DNA from: Podarcis liolepis
Lineage: Eukaryota
NCBI GenBank assembly: GCA_965112155.1
Contig: OZ218103.1
Length of the DNA stretch: 64,000 nucleotides
Direction: 5' to 3' (one strand)
The position numbers and the translations under genes are program-made. Below the pieces are notes generated by a model. It did no database searches, was not told the origin of the DNA, and saw nothing but the letters and a program-made list of their open reading frames with translations. Each line of letters opens with the position of its first letter. Positions within the stretch are counted from its first letter, which is position 1. Shown in pieces: positions 1 through 11,392 of the stretch.

Positions 1-496
1 CTGAGCAGCTGTCTGGGAAAGGGATGAGCTGGCAGGTACGAGAAGCAGGGGGGTTGAGCAATCAAGGGTGGTCAGGAAAAGATGGTCCTCCCAGGACAGG
101 GTTAGAGGCCGAGAGACACTGTGCTCACACTGTACAGACACAAACAGAGAGGAGTCAGAGGTTGCCCTTGCTACCCAGCAGGACAGTCCCAGTCCTGCTG
201 ACTCTCCTACCCCTCTGACACCCCACACTCAAGGAGAGTCCTGCATGTTGCTGAGCAATGGGCCAGACAGGCGCAGAGCTTGCCCTCTCAACGCAGCCTT
301 CATCTGCTTGGGAGGGATGCAGAGTGAAAGGCTCAGAGGGGGAAGGGCGGGCCTAGTGGTCATTTTCAGCAACGTCTGGATTAACGTGAACCAGAGGACT
401 CTGTTGTGTTGTTATTTCCTGTTAATAAAGAACTAACTGTGTTTTGTGCCTTCCGCGTGTGTGCCAGCCCTGTGGATGACCTGGGTTCACTCGACA
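1..496 (+). mobile_element. Possible solo-LTR-like repeat (3' part)
   Basis: AATAAA at ~424 followed by a GT-rich tract ending in ...CGACA; composition similar to 31685-32173; family not identified. Confidence 0.3.
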
Positions 497-1169
497 GCTC
501 CTTGACACTGGAACAGAACTGAACAGAAAGCACATTGCCACACAATGTGAATCATGGAAAGGTCAGATGAAGAATGTATAGGTACACAGCCCCACCCCAT
601 GGCAAGTTGAGGGTGCTGGTCTCAATTTACATCACACTTTATCAGTCTGGGCCCCTAATCCATTAGACATTAGGCTTTAGAGGAGATGTGGAAATTGTTA
701 CTGAATAATATATATCCATCTGTTAAGCAGAGTAGCTGAGCAGGAAAGCCCAGAGAGCTGACTGCTGACTGCATTCTGTGGCTGGCTTATTTCGGAGTCT
801 GGATTGAGAGAGCAGCATGGCCAACCTAGTTGTGTCTGCCTCAATCTAGAGGACAGGGAGATGAGTCAGTCACCTGCTTCCTTGTCCTCTTCCCGCTCAG
901 GGTGTGTTAGGTAGGGAGCTACTGAGGATTCCTCCTTGGTCATCGACCTGCTGGCTTCCAACAGAAGTGCAATACCAATGCCACCTGGCTTTGGTCTTCT
1001 TTAAATGTGACCGCATGACCAAGTGAGCTGTTGTACCTGAGGTTCATCCCATGTCACTCCGATAACACTCAAAGGCCTGTGATCATAGAGTGGAGCCTAT
1101 TATATGTGTCTGTCCAGATAATGAACACCATTGACTGCCATTCTCAAGCTAACTTGTGTTGTCAAGTTA

Positions 1170-1455
1170 CAGATAGGTGTTGGTCTGCCATAGTCAAAAT
1201 AAAAAAAATTCCTTCCAGTAGCACCTTAAAGACCAACTAAGTTAGTTCTTGGTATGAGCTTTCGTGTGCATGCACACTTCTTCAGATACACTGAAACAGA
1301 AGTTGCCAGATCCTTCTATATAGTGAGAAGGTGGGGAGGGGTGGATCTGGCAACTTCTGTTTCAGTGTATCTGAAGAAGTGTGCATGCACACGAAAGCTC
1401 ATACCAAGAACTAACTTAGTTGGTCTTTAAGGTGCTACTGGAAGGAATTTTTTTA
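1170..1455. mobile_element. Penelope-like element remnant: inverted pseudo-LTR pair
   Basis: Arms 1202-1313 and 1343-1454 are reverse complements; near-identical to the Penelope 3' end at 41457-41615; flanked by an imperfect direct repeat TTGTG(T/C)TGTCAAGTTA. Confidence 0.85.
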
Positions 1456-1598
1456 TTGTGCTGTCAAGTTATTGCAGTGATCTCCTTTCGCCCCTCTCCT
1501 GGGTTTCAGGTAAAACCACCCATTCATCCTGTGGACCACAAGTAGCCCAGTTTTCTACTGCCTGTGGTGAAATAACCAGTGGATGGTGGAAAGTTAGC

Positions 1599-1747
1599 NN
1601 NNNNNNNNNNNNNNNNNNNNNNNNNNNNNNNNNNNNNNNNNNNNNNNNNNNNNNNNNNNNNNNNNNNNNNNNNNNNNNNNNNNNNNNNNNNNNNNNNNNN
1701 NNNNNNNNNNNNNNNNNNNNNNNNNNNNNNNNNNNNNNNNNNNNNNN
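1599..1747. other. Assembly gap (N run, 149 nt)
   Basis: Run of n. Confidence 0.99.
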
Positions 1748-4213
1748 ATGAAATGCAGAGCGAAGGGAGAAGGATGTGGTCAATGAGGTCCCAAGGATTT
1801 GGGTGTGCCCTGTGGATCTTGATGGGAAAACAGCATCTAATGCACAACCTTTGCCTCACCATTTGCCTCATATGTGATGCTCTAGGAAAGGAGATGGGTA
1901 ATTTCCAAAAGTAGTGTCAGCTAAGAGTACCCTAAACTGTATTGATGAAGGATGGAGACATCAGGGTCTCTGGGGTAATTAATGGCACGCCACAGAGTGC
2001 TCCACCAAGCCTGTGTGCTCCCTGCAAAGTGGATCTATCACTGTCTCAGAGACGCACTCTTGAGTGGCAGCCTCTCTCCAACTCCCCTGGGCATCAAGGC
2101 ATCCTGCCATCCACTATCTCTGACAGCCGGTATGATGTCCCAGCAGGGCAGAGGAAACATTTCGATAGGCGGGAAGGGTTGGCACAATAAAACCTGAAGC
2201 TTCAGACAAACACTCATGTTTATCAGCTTTCGATGCCCTGCCCCAGGCCTTGTGAGATATGAGCAGTGTAGACTATCTGTGAGTTTTAGTCCCTGTTTGA
2301 AGGCTCACTTTTATAGCAAAAACTGAAAATAGCTGTTTTATTTTTTTAAAAAAAAATAGTTGGAATTGTTTAGTTTCCAAGCAAATGAGTAAAAAAAGAT
2401 AACTTTGGAAATAAATAAATTAAATTAACTGACTGCCTCTACCACTCTGGCTCTATCTGTAAGCTAAGCTGAGAGCTAGATGCAGTTCTTGCTTCTCTCA
2501 TTCCTCTCTTTACCACTACCCTTGCCTCGCCCCCAGATGTTTCTGCCACTGCCAACATCGAGACTCTATGCCTCAGTGCAAACACCGGCACTGCAGTGAT
2601 GCTGTTTAAGGTATCAAGTGCCTGCCTGGCACACCATCATGCCATGGGGGTCTGTAGAATATCCCTCCTGGAGACACAAGTTCTGTGTGCCTTTGGCTCT
2701 GCTGGTTCACATCTCCTACTGGTTCGAGGAACATTGCTGATCAATCTCCCAGGCTGCCTTCTTGCACCTCCCGTCTCAGTTCTGCTTGTGAATGGTTAAT
2801 TGCTCTTTCTAGGTGGCTGGCTTTATTCTTGTTCAAAATCATGTTGCTCCTCTTTATTATTTGCTCGCTGTCTTCTGTTATCACATCATACAATTATGAA
2901 AGAAAAGCTTGCACAGTTTATAATTGTCTGCATGGATTCTGTGCCACCTGTACTTGGATTTCACAGTATTCACAAAACTTTTGTTCTTCCAGTTTTAGCT
3001 TGCTGTGCTCTCACTGTCTCCTTGGCTGCAGCAGAGCTGTAAGAAAATACTCTTATTTCCCTAATGTTTAAACGTCTACCTTTCTTCTTTAAACTTTCTC
3101 TTTTCCCTGGTTATCATAATCTTACTGGGTTAGTACTGGTTTTGTTCTGTTTTCATATTCCTCTTTGCTTTGTCTCTTTCTATCCCCCCCCCTATTTCCT
3201 TCCCCCTCCTGCTCCTTTTTGTTGGTGTCTCACTGTACACGGGAGAACTTTTCTGAATTTGGGTTTATTCTAATGCATTGAGTACATGTCAAACACTAGA
3301 AAGAACAACTGAACGTGATTATAACAACAGTGGCTGCCCTGCTCCCCACTCCCACTCCCACAGCAAGCCTAATAGCCGAGTGGATGCCTGAACTGGAATC
3401 CTCCACATACAAACTCAAAACTTAGCCTCTATACTTCATTGGCTCTGTCATTAGTACTCAGATGAGGCCAATCAAATTTAGTGCATGGCCGGTTGAGGTA
3501 TCACACTAATGGTTACATCAGCAGATACGATAATATGATTTTGGGGCCATTTATGATGATGCCACGTTTTCTGGACAGCTGAAGTATTAGCCGGGGGCCA
3601 ATGTTAGTGGCAAATTGGCAGCAGTTTCAGAGATAGATTCAAACTGCCCTGGTATTTTCCAGGGTCTGGTTTTGCAGCTCTCAAGATAACCACTTGTTGG
3701 GAACTGAGAACACAGATGTTAGCTTTCTGCCTAGGCAAGGCTTTCCAACCCAACAAGCTGCGCATGTTGTGCCATGCGCCATCACTTCTTCCCCAAAATG
3801 GGTCCAGTTCTGAAAGGGCAGCTTGGCATCCAGATGGACAACAGCTAACTGCCACCCAACAAGGGCTGGGAACCTTCTGGGCCAAATTAACCCAATCAGC
3901 TGTTGCCTTGCTCACAAAAATGTATATTCCTGCTTTCAGCAATGTCGGTAGAACAGCAGGGAAGCCATTGCAGGAAAAAGTAGCTTTGAATTAAAGCTAC
4001 TTTGACAGCAAAAAGTCATTGTTTATGATTTGCTACATAATTTTCTTTCTTAAAGGCATCTAATAACATGTATGTTAATGTTTCTTTGTCTATAGGAAGC
4101 CGGTCACTACAAAGAACAGCAGGGACCCCATTTGACAAAGGCAGGTTTAATCCTCAAAAGCACTTATACCTCTGGCCAAAACATTTAGAGCTCATTTGCA
4201 TAAACAATTACAG

Positions 4214-4656
4214 CAGTGTTTCCCAACCTTTTTTGGGCAAAGGCACACTTGTTTGATGAAAAAAATCTCGAGGCACACCACCATTACAGCCCCGTGACGT
4301 CAGCGCGCAGCATCATGCCGGGAGGGACGCATGAAAGTGTAAGTTTCAATTTTTTCCCTCCCCTCCTGTGTAAAGGGGAATGCACTCTGCTAAGTAAAGG
4401 CACTTGCCACAGCAGCGTCAACGTCACAGCACCCACCGGCACCCAAGAGAGAAGGGGTCTCAGCAGCCCTTTTGCCAGGAAGAGGAGCAAGAACGAGAGG
4501 AGGAGGAGGAAGAGGAAGAGAGTGCCCCCCAAAAAACATTCTCCTTTTGATCTTCCTTATTTGCAATTCCTCATTGCAAAACAGCGGTTGATATACAGCT
4601 GATTTTTTTGTTATTACAGTCCCCACCCCCTAACCTAGAAAAACACCACCTGTCAA

Positions 4657-4719
<63 letters not shown>

Positions 4720-5271
4720 CATTATTATTATTATTATTATTCCCCGCCACTCTGGGAGGCTGAAGCCCTTTAAGGCTTCCTTCTGTCCACTCTCTGTGAA
4801 TTACCTGCCCGGAGCGGGTTTTGGGGTGGGCGCTGCTGCCGGTGTCCTCCCCGTCAAGTCTCGCCTTGCCCGGTGCGTGGCGGCCGCCCTTTCCCACACT
4901 CTGCCGGCTGCGCTGCCAAGCCCCGCAGCTCGGCCTGTCAGCGTTACCGGGCTCGGCGGGCGGTAATTCCCGAAGAAAGCCGGCGGCGCTTGAAGAGCTG
5001 GCAAGCCCCCATTTGCATGTCTGTTTTCCACAGCCCTTGGAGAGGATTAAGTTCCCTCCTTCCTGCCGGGGAACCTCCAAGCTTTGGGGGTGGGGGGGGG
5101 AGGAGGCAGCAAAGCGAGGCAGGAAGGAGAGCGCGGCTTGGCTACTCGCCGCCGCCACCCCGCCTCTCGCCGCCGGACTCGCCCGCCTCCCTCCAGGCAA
5201 CATCTCGCGGCACACCAGGCAACATCTCGCGGCACACTAGTGTGCCACGGAACAGTGGTTGGGAAACACTG
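4214..5271. mobile_element. Non-autonomous hAT (Charlie-like) element A with CpG-island-like cargo
   Basis: TIR CAGTGTTTCCCAACC...GGTTGGGAAACACTG; perfect 8-bp TSD AATTACAG; both subterminal regions shared with 8897-10311 in inverted orientation. Confidence 0.93.
4663..4741. repeat. (TTA)n microsatellite, probably an L2-type tail inside element A
   Basis: ~26 TTA units followed by ccccgccactctggg, like the L2 ends at ~41690 and ~47195; explains the poly-N stretch in ORF 4571-5215. Confidence 0.85.
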
Positions 5272-5634
5272 AATTACAGGAGCGTATCTACAAGGTATGT
5301 GTACCAAACACACAAATCTTGTTCCTTTAAAAGGGGGCTGGGGGATGAGCTGTCTAACTTGCTAAAGCTGCTATAGGTAATTGTGAGGTACAGAAATAAT
5401 GAGAATGTGCATTGCAAAATCACATTTTGGAGCATCTCTTCTGCCATGAGCATACTGGGTAGCTTTAGACAAGCCGGACTCCTTTAGGCTTAACTCCTTA
5501 TCTGCAAATTATAGGAATGATAAAATGCTGGTCGAAATTGATGATTACAGCAGAGTAACTAAGTACTAGTGATCTTGAGTCACAAGAAGCTTGCTGTGAA
5601 TTCTCCACCTAACTAAAATGTAGAAAACTTGTAT

Positions 5635-6045
5635 TATTGTTATTTACTGGATATATACACTACACCTTCTCCCCAGGAGCCCAGGGAAGCAAACACATCA
5701 ATACTTATGCAATTAAAAGTTCTAACAGTTTAAAGCAACTTTCTAAAAAGCAATTATTTGCTCTCAAACTAACAATTTCAGGGTTGCCAGGGACACAACT
5801 TTCAGCCAGCCAATGCCTGGGTAAACAGGAACGTCTTTGAATTTCTTCTAAATGTTAATAGCGAGGGAGATTGACGCGCCACACTCTCAAGGGGGGGCAT
5901 TCCACAAATGAGTGACTGCTTCTGAGAAGCCAGTGGCATAGGTCACCACCATTTGGGACAACCACCAACATGGCCTCCCCAACTGATCCTAAAGCTTGGA
6001 AGATGGTTGATACTGGCGAAGGCCAGGAAGAGGCAGTGTAAGCTG
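5635..6045 (-). mobile_element. L2 LINE 3' fragment (degenerate)
   Basis: gggcattccacaa...gagaaggcc-type L2 3' signature in reverse, with AT-rich tail. Confidence 0.55.
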
Positions 6046-6374
6046 CTCCCATCACTCATGGCTCAGAACAACATTTCTGGTCAGATTCAACCAGTCTATT
6101 GCTATTTCATGGAGTGTACATTAACATTTTTTGAGAGTAAAATATTTTTATTAATTTCCACCAAAAAAACCCAAAATCATTGCATTAAAACCCCCCCATA
6201 AAATAAAACATTTATAACAGCTGCATACAGAATCAATATTAAATCCACATTGTGGGACTTCCCTCTACTTCTTCCCTTGGTTCCTTTGTATTATCTACAT
6301 TCATGCATGTCAATAAAATCTTTATCTCTAATTACCTCCAAATTTAAACATTGTTTATCGCATTACAAGTGTTT

Positions 6375-6517
6375 TTTAAAGACTATGGAAGAACGATATA
6401 AAAATTGCGGCTTGTACCTTACTTAAAGAGAACTATATGGTATTTAACACCGGTTAAATTGGCAAAAATGTATAAAACAAGTGAAAATAAGTGTTGGTAA
6501 TGTAAAGAAGTAGAAAG
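6375..6517 (+). mobile_element. L1-clade LINE ORF2 C-terminal fragment
   Basis: Frame reads WYLTPVKLAKMYKTSENKCW*CKEVE, the start of an L1 zinc knuckle (CWxC) with an in-frame stop; interrupted at TA by the Tc2-like element. Confidence 0.7.
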
Positions 6518-6519
6518 TA

Positions 6520-7300
6520 CCGTATTTTTCGCTCTATAACACACGCCTGACCGTAACACGCACATCGTTTTTAGAGGAGGAAAACGGGGGGGGGGGGATT
6601 CTGAATGAAACAGTGGATGTATCATTTTTGCGCCTCATGCTGTGGCCACAGACATGTGATCTGGTGGTGAATTTGGGGTGACCCAATGCAAAAATCCTGA
6701 GAATCCCTGTGGATCTGTGCTTTGTAACCACGTTTTTGCACCATTGTGGCCCCAGGCAACAGTGGGTGCGTGATTTTTTTGTTGCAGGCTGTAGCCATGG
6801 ACATGCTATGTGATCTGATGGTGAATTTGGGGTGACCCAATGCAAAGATCCTGAGGATCCATGTGGATCCGTGCTTTGTAACCACATTTTTGCACCATTG
6901 CAGCCCCAGGCAACAGTGGGTGCGTGATTTTTTTGGTGCAGGCTGTAGCCATGGACATGTAATGTGATCTGATGGTGAATTTGGCGTGACCCAATGCAAA
7001 GATCCTGAGGATCCATGTGGATCCGTGCTTTGTAACCACGTTTTAAGTGGGGAGGGAAGGAAAAACAGAGAAGGGACAAGGAGCACAAGAGGGGTGTGCA
7101 GAGAAGCAGCTGGCTAAGAATGCAGGAGAGGGGTTTAACGTGAGGGAGGAAAGGAAGGCAAAAGTTTTTCCCCACCCAGCCCCCCAAGCCAGCCCCCCCT
7201 CTCTCTCTCCCACCTGCATGTTTTCTGGCTGCCTGCGAGTCCCTAAAATGCTTCCCTGGACGCAGCAGCACCGGAGCACGGAGTGGAATTAGAAGGAAGG
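6520..7300. mobile_element. TcMar-Tc2/pogo-like non-autonomous element (left end only)
   Basis: TA|CCGTATTTTTCGCTCTATAA terminus shared with 33621 and 53007; right TIR not found, so the end coordinate is approximate. Confidence 0.6.
6652..7043. repeat. Tandem repeat, ~154-bp unit x ~2.5
   Basis: gtgatctg(g/a)tggtgaatttgg recurs at 6656, 6810 and 6964. Confidence 0.9.
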
Positions 7301-8896
7301 ACGTGATGTCACTGTATTGTCAACTGATTGGGGGGGGGAGAGAGATATTGACAAGGCAGATGTTGAGAAAGAGAAAGAATGATGGATCGATTCCCTTTTT
7401 CTAATCCCTCCCAAAAGCTTTTTCTATAAATTGTTGGCTGTGCTTGACAACCTATAGAAATATTGCTGGGGGGGGGGTGTCAGAAAAAGGGATCTGCTTG
7501 TTCCCTTCGCTGCCGTCTGGTAAGAAGCAAGGGGAGGTGAGGAGAGGTGGAGAGAGGGGGAGGAAATGGGTACCCCTTTCTTTGCTTTGGGGAAATTCAT
7601 TTACTCCTTTCCCTTTTGCCCTTACCAGGCAGCAGAGAGAGAACAAACTGATTCACTTTTCTTTCTTTCTTTTTCACAAAACTGGATAAAGAAAGAGGCA
7701 CCATCAGCTCTATTTCTGCCACTTGGGAAGGTGGGGCAAAAATATTGTGGGAAGTCAAAAGAAGAAGAATCTGATTACTGAAATTTCTTGGGGGCAGTCC
7801 ACGAACAACTGGATTGAAGAGGCCTCAATATGGCGGAATACCATGGGAAACAGGACTGAGTACCTGGCCTTAAAATATGTTAGTCCAAAGGAAGAGATGA
7901 GCACTCTCTAAATATTTAATGCACAACTCCCCTTCCCAGTCCTTTCCATGGTTTGGTTTCTCCGTAACAACTGGCTCCTTGACACTGCAGTTAGCTGCCT
8001 TAGGGATCCACAACATGCGAGCAGAACAGACAGAGCCTGGGTTTCAGAGATCTCATCCAGACAGCTCATGCAGAGAGAAATCTATCATAGAAATGTGTTT
8101 ATCAGTCTGGAAAAGATGATGGATTGTGTCGGCTCCGCTGGGAGCTCTTCTTAAAGGGGTGGGGGTGGGGAAGGCTTCAGATGATTTAAGCTTTGCATTC
8201 TGATTTTCACAACTACATTTTTCAGGGGCAATGCTTTCCAAAATTTTGTGCTGAGAAAACTCTTTCCACATCAGCTCATCCGCCGAGGAAGGGGAAGGCC
8301 AGAAGCACTTGCTGGAGTTTGGGTGGGCAGCAGAATGACGAGGGTGGAAGAAATGCCCCATTAACCACTTGCTAGCCTTGGTGGAGAGGAAGATTGCAGG
8401 GAGAAAAGATAACTCGTAACCGTCACAGGAGTTGGGGAAGAGCCAAGATGGTCTAGCAGTAACTGGGAAACTCTTTGCAACTAAGCATGTATTGGGCGCC
8501 ATTTCCTCGCCATTTAGTAATCATATGAGACACATCTGGTTGCTTTTTCAACAGGGAAAGAAAATAACACCGTATTTGATCCCTCCATCCTTGCTGGAGA
8601 TATTTCCAGTCCATGGCATGGTCCACTCTGTCCTGTCTCCACACTAATCAGTTATTTTGTAATAAAAATCTGCACCAAAGTACACAGGCAAGGTTATCCT
8701 GCCTAAAGCCACAAGGGTCCTCAGAAACACAGACATCCTCTTATTGTCAGAGACTCCTGGCTGGGAAGGAGTGGAAAGTTTGGGTACCACATCTCTATAG
8801 CTCAGTGGGCAGAGCATGAAGCTCTTAATTTCAGGGCTGTGAGTTTGAGCCCCACACTGGGCAAAAGATACCTGCATTGCAGGGGGTTAACTAGAT

Positions 8897-10311
8897 CAGT
8901 GTTTCCCAACCACTGTTCCGTGGCACACTAGTGTGCCGCGAGATGTTGCCTGGTGTGCCGCGGGAAAAATTAAAAAATTCGAAAGATTTTTTTTTTAAGT
9001 CAAATTTTCGATTGGGGCGCCGTCACTAGATGACCCCTGGGGTTCCCTCCCGCTCTGCGCCTCCATCCTCCTCCTCCGGGGAGGCCCTTCCTGGCTCTCG
9101 GGAAAGGCTTGGCGGCTGCCACTCACTCACTCGCTCGCCCACCCGTCCCTCCATCCCTGCACCCGGCCTCTCCCCCTCCATCCCCGGCGCGGGGGCTGCC
9201 GGGATCCGTAGTCCCCTCGCCCTTGGGCTCCGCGCCCGCGCGGGGTGCGCGAACTACGTTTCCCAGCGTGGCCTGGCGGGCCGGGCGTTTTGTTTGAAGC
9301 GCTCTTCTCCCGGCCATGGAATGAGCGCAGCGGCGGCGGCCGGGCGGGCAGGGCCTCTTCCGCGCAGACCCCGCGCAGCCTGCCTGCGCCCCCGCGGAGA
9401 TCGGGTGGCAGGATGGAGCCCGGGGATCCCCGCGGAGGCGGAGCGGCGGAGGCTGCCCCCCAGGTAGGGCTGCGTCGGGGGGGGGGTGTTTATTTTTGCA
9501 ATGCTGCATCCGCGCCGGAGGGGACGCATCGGACTGCGGGGAGACCCCTTGGCGGGCGTGCAAGGCAATGCATGCGTGCAGGCGTTGCATGGAGTGCAGT
9601 GCAATGCAATGGCAATGCGGCGCCCTGCATGCATGCATGCAACTTCCACCGGCGCTCCGGACTTGGCAGGTGAGGGGGGTCCCCAGTGGGCGGCAGAGAG
9701 AGCCGGGAGGGCGAAGGGGAGCCGGGGGGGAGCAGCGCTGCTCCCCGAGCCGAGCCCGGGGGGAAACTTCGGCGTCGTTGCGCCGGGTGTTGGAAGCGGA
9801 GGCTGGCGGGGGCCCCTCACCTGCAAAACCTGGTCGCCTCTCATATATTTCGTGCATTGCATTCATCGCCCGCTTTTTCCTTCAAGGAGCTCCCGGGGGC
9901 GCGCGTGGTTCTCCCCGTGTTATCCTCGCAACAACAGCCCTGCGAGGTGGGTCAGGCGAGTGGCCCAAGGGAGCACCCAGGGATTGTCCTGGCCAGGTGG
10001 GGTGATTTGAACCCTGCTCTCTGCCCGGTCTTCGTCCTCATTTAGCCCCCACATGTGCATGACTCTGCATGACTGAGGTTTTCCCCCCTCGTCTTGGCTA
10101 TGGTGTGAGTCTGTGCTGTTAATTAATGGGGTTCTGCCTTCAGAGAAGATGAGCCAGCCCTCAAGGAGGTGATTATGTAATTTGCTAGCAATTCATGTAC
10201 CTCCCGGCGTGACGCTGCGCGCTGACGTCACGGGGCTGTAATGGTGGTGTGCCTCGAGATTTTTTTCATGAAACAAGTGTGCCTTTGCCCAAAAAAGGTT
10301 GGGAAACACTG
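8897..10311. mobile_element. Non-autonomous hAT (Charlie-like) element B with CpG-island-like cargo
   Basis: Same TIRs as element A; perfect TSD AACTAGAT; interior unrelated to A by eye. Confidence 0.93.
9030..9470 (+). promoter_or_regulatory. Captured CpG-island promoter / first-exon-like segment inside element B
   Basis: Very high CpG; ACTACGTTTCCCAGCGTGGC at 9253 (ZNF143/THAP11-type motif); gcaggATGG at 9413, 17 codons MEPGDPRGGGAAEAAPQ, then CAG|GTAGGG at 9463/9464. Confidence 0.6.
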
Positions 10312-10747
10312 AACTAGATGGCCCTTGTTGTCTCTTCCAACCCTATAATTCTATGATTCTATCTTATTGAAGGACACTTCTGTCTAAATGCACAGCTTCC
10401 CTCTGCTCTCATCATCTCCCTTCCCCCTGCTCTGGAGTTAGGGGGTTGCTACCTTCTTCCCTTTTTCTCACCACTTCCTTTCCCTCAGCCCTCTCCTTCC
10501 CCTGCTCCCTCCCACCATCCCTGCCTCCTTAATCTTCCTGCTCAACGTTGCTCCTTGCTCTCCAGGCTGCCTTGCCTGCTTCCTCTTATGCTACATAGTC
10601 TTCTTTCACTTCCACCCCACTTTGCCGCCTCCTCCTCCTCCCCAATGGGGCCTATTCCTAAAGCTCCCAAAATACACAATTTTAGATATAATGGATATGG
10701 CATTAAAAAAAATCCTGAGAAGGTCTGAAATCCAAAGAACGTGTATC

Positions 10748-11392
10748 CAGGGGTGCAGGCCCAAACAGAGGGGGGGGGGGCATATGGGCCACTTGGCCCA
10801 GGCCTCCAATTCCAAAGGGGGCCTTGCCAAAAGCACTATTATATATCTATATTTTCCATTTTGTCTTTATATGCAGATACTGTTCAAGCCTTGAAATACA
10901 ATTATTTGTCAGCATAACGTTTGTGAAAATTATTTATATACTTACTTATTTATAAGACTTCAGTTATCCCCAGGGTAAAAAAAGGGGGGCCACATTATTT
11001 TCCTGGCCCGGGCCTCTGCCTGGCTCTGCAAGGCCCTGCAGGGGTGTAGCTAGCTGCTCCGGCACCCAGAGAGGCGGTGGTGGGGCAAACCACCCCGGTG
11101 GGGGGGCCATCCAGGGGGGTGCTGTGGTGATCTGCGGGGGGGGGGGAGTGCCACGGCGAGCTGCCCACGGAGTCCACCTGGCAGACGCAAGCCCCATGCT
11201 GCCATTTTGGGCAGCATGGGGCGCCGAGTCACTGTGTCACTCCCAGGAGAGACGTGTGGCTCAGGCGCACTGCAGGTCAGGCCCCGCGGTAAGTGCCACC
11301 CCCTGCAGTATGCCATTTTGTTATCTCCTCAAGGATGACACCAGGGGTGGGCTGCAACCCCCCCCCACACACACACCCTTCCTATGCCTCTG
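10748..11392. mobile_element. hAT MITE (outer), CAGGGGTGTAG...CTATGCCTCTG
   Basis: Imperfect TIRs; TSD (C/G)GTGTATC. Confidence 0.7.
10756..11038. mobile_element. hAT MITE (inner), nested in the terminus of the outer element
   Basis: CAGGCCC...CAGAG / CTCTG...GGCCCTG ends; TSD CAGGGGTG at 10748-10755 and 11039-11046. Confidence 0.75.

Larger units (their letters stand above)
8797..10341 (+). mobile_element. tRNA-derived SINE with CR1-type tail (Squam2-like), split by hAT element B
   Basis: tagctcagtgggcagagcatg tRNA head, then cctgcattgcagggggtt[B]gcccttg...ccaaccctataattctatgattctat tail. Confidence 0.7.

Noticed and set aside
4571-5215. 214-aa ORF with a poly-Asn run
   Set aside because: Spans transposon cargo and a (TTA)n microsatellite; GC-rich stop-poor DNA with no recognisable domain
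6534-7271. 245-aa and overlapping ORFs with repeated peptides
   Set aside because: By-product of the 154-bp tandem repeat
9030-10045. Multiple overlapping 120-250 aa ORFs, and a possible native gene promoter
   Set aside because: Open in many frames because of high GC; bounded by TIRs and TSD, so it is inserted cargo rather than a native nested gene
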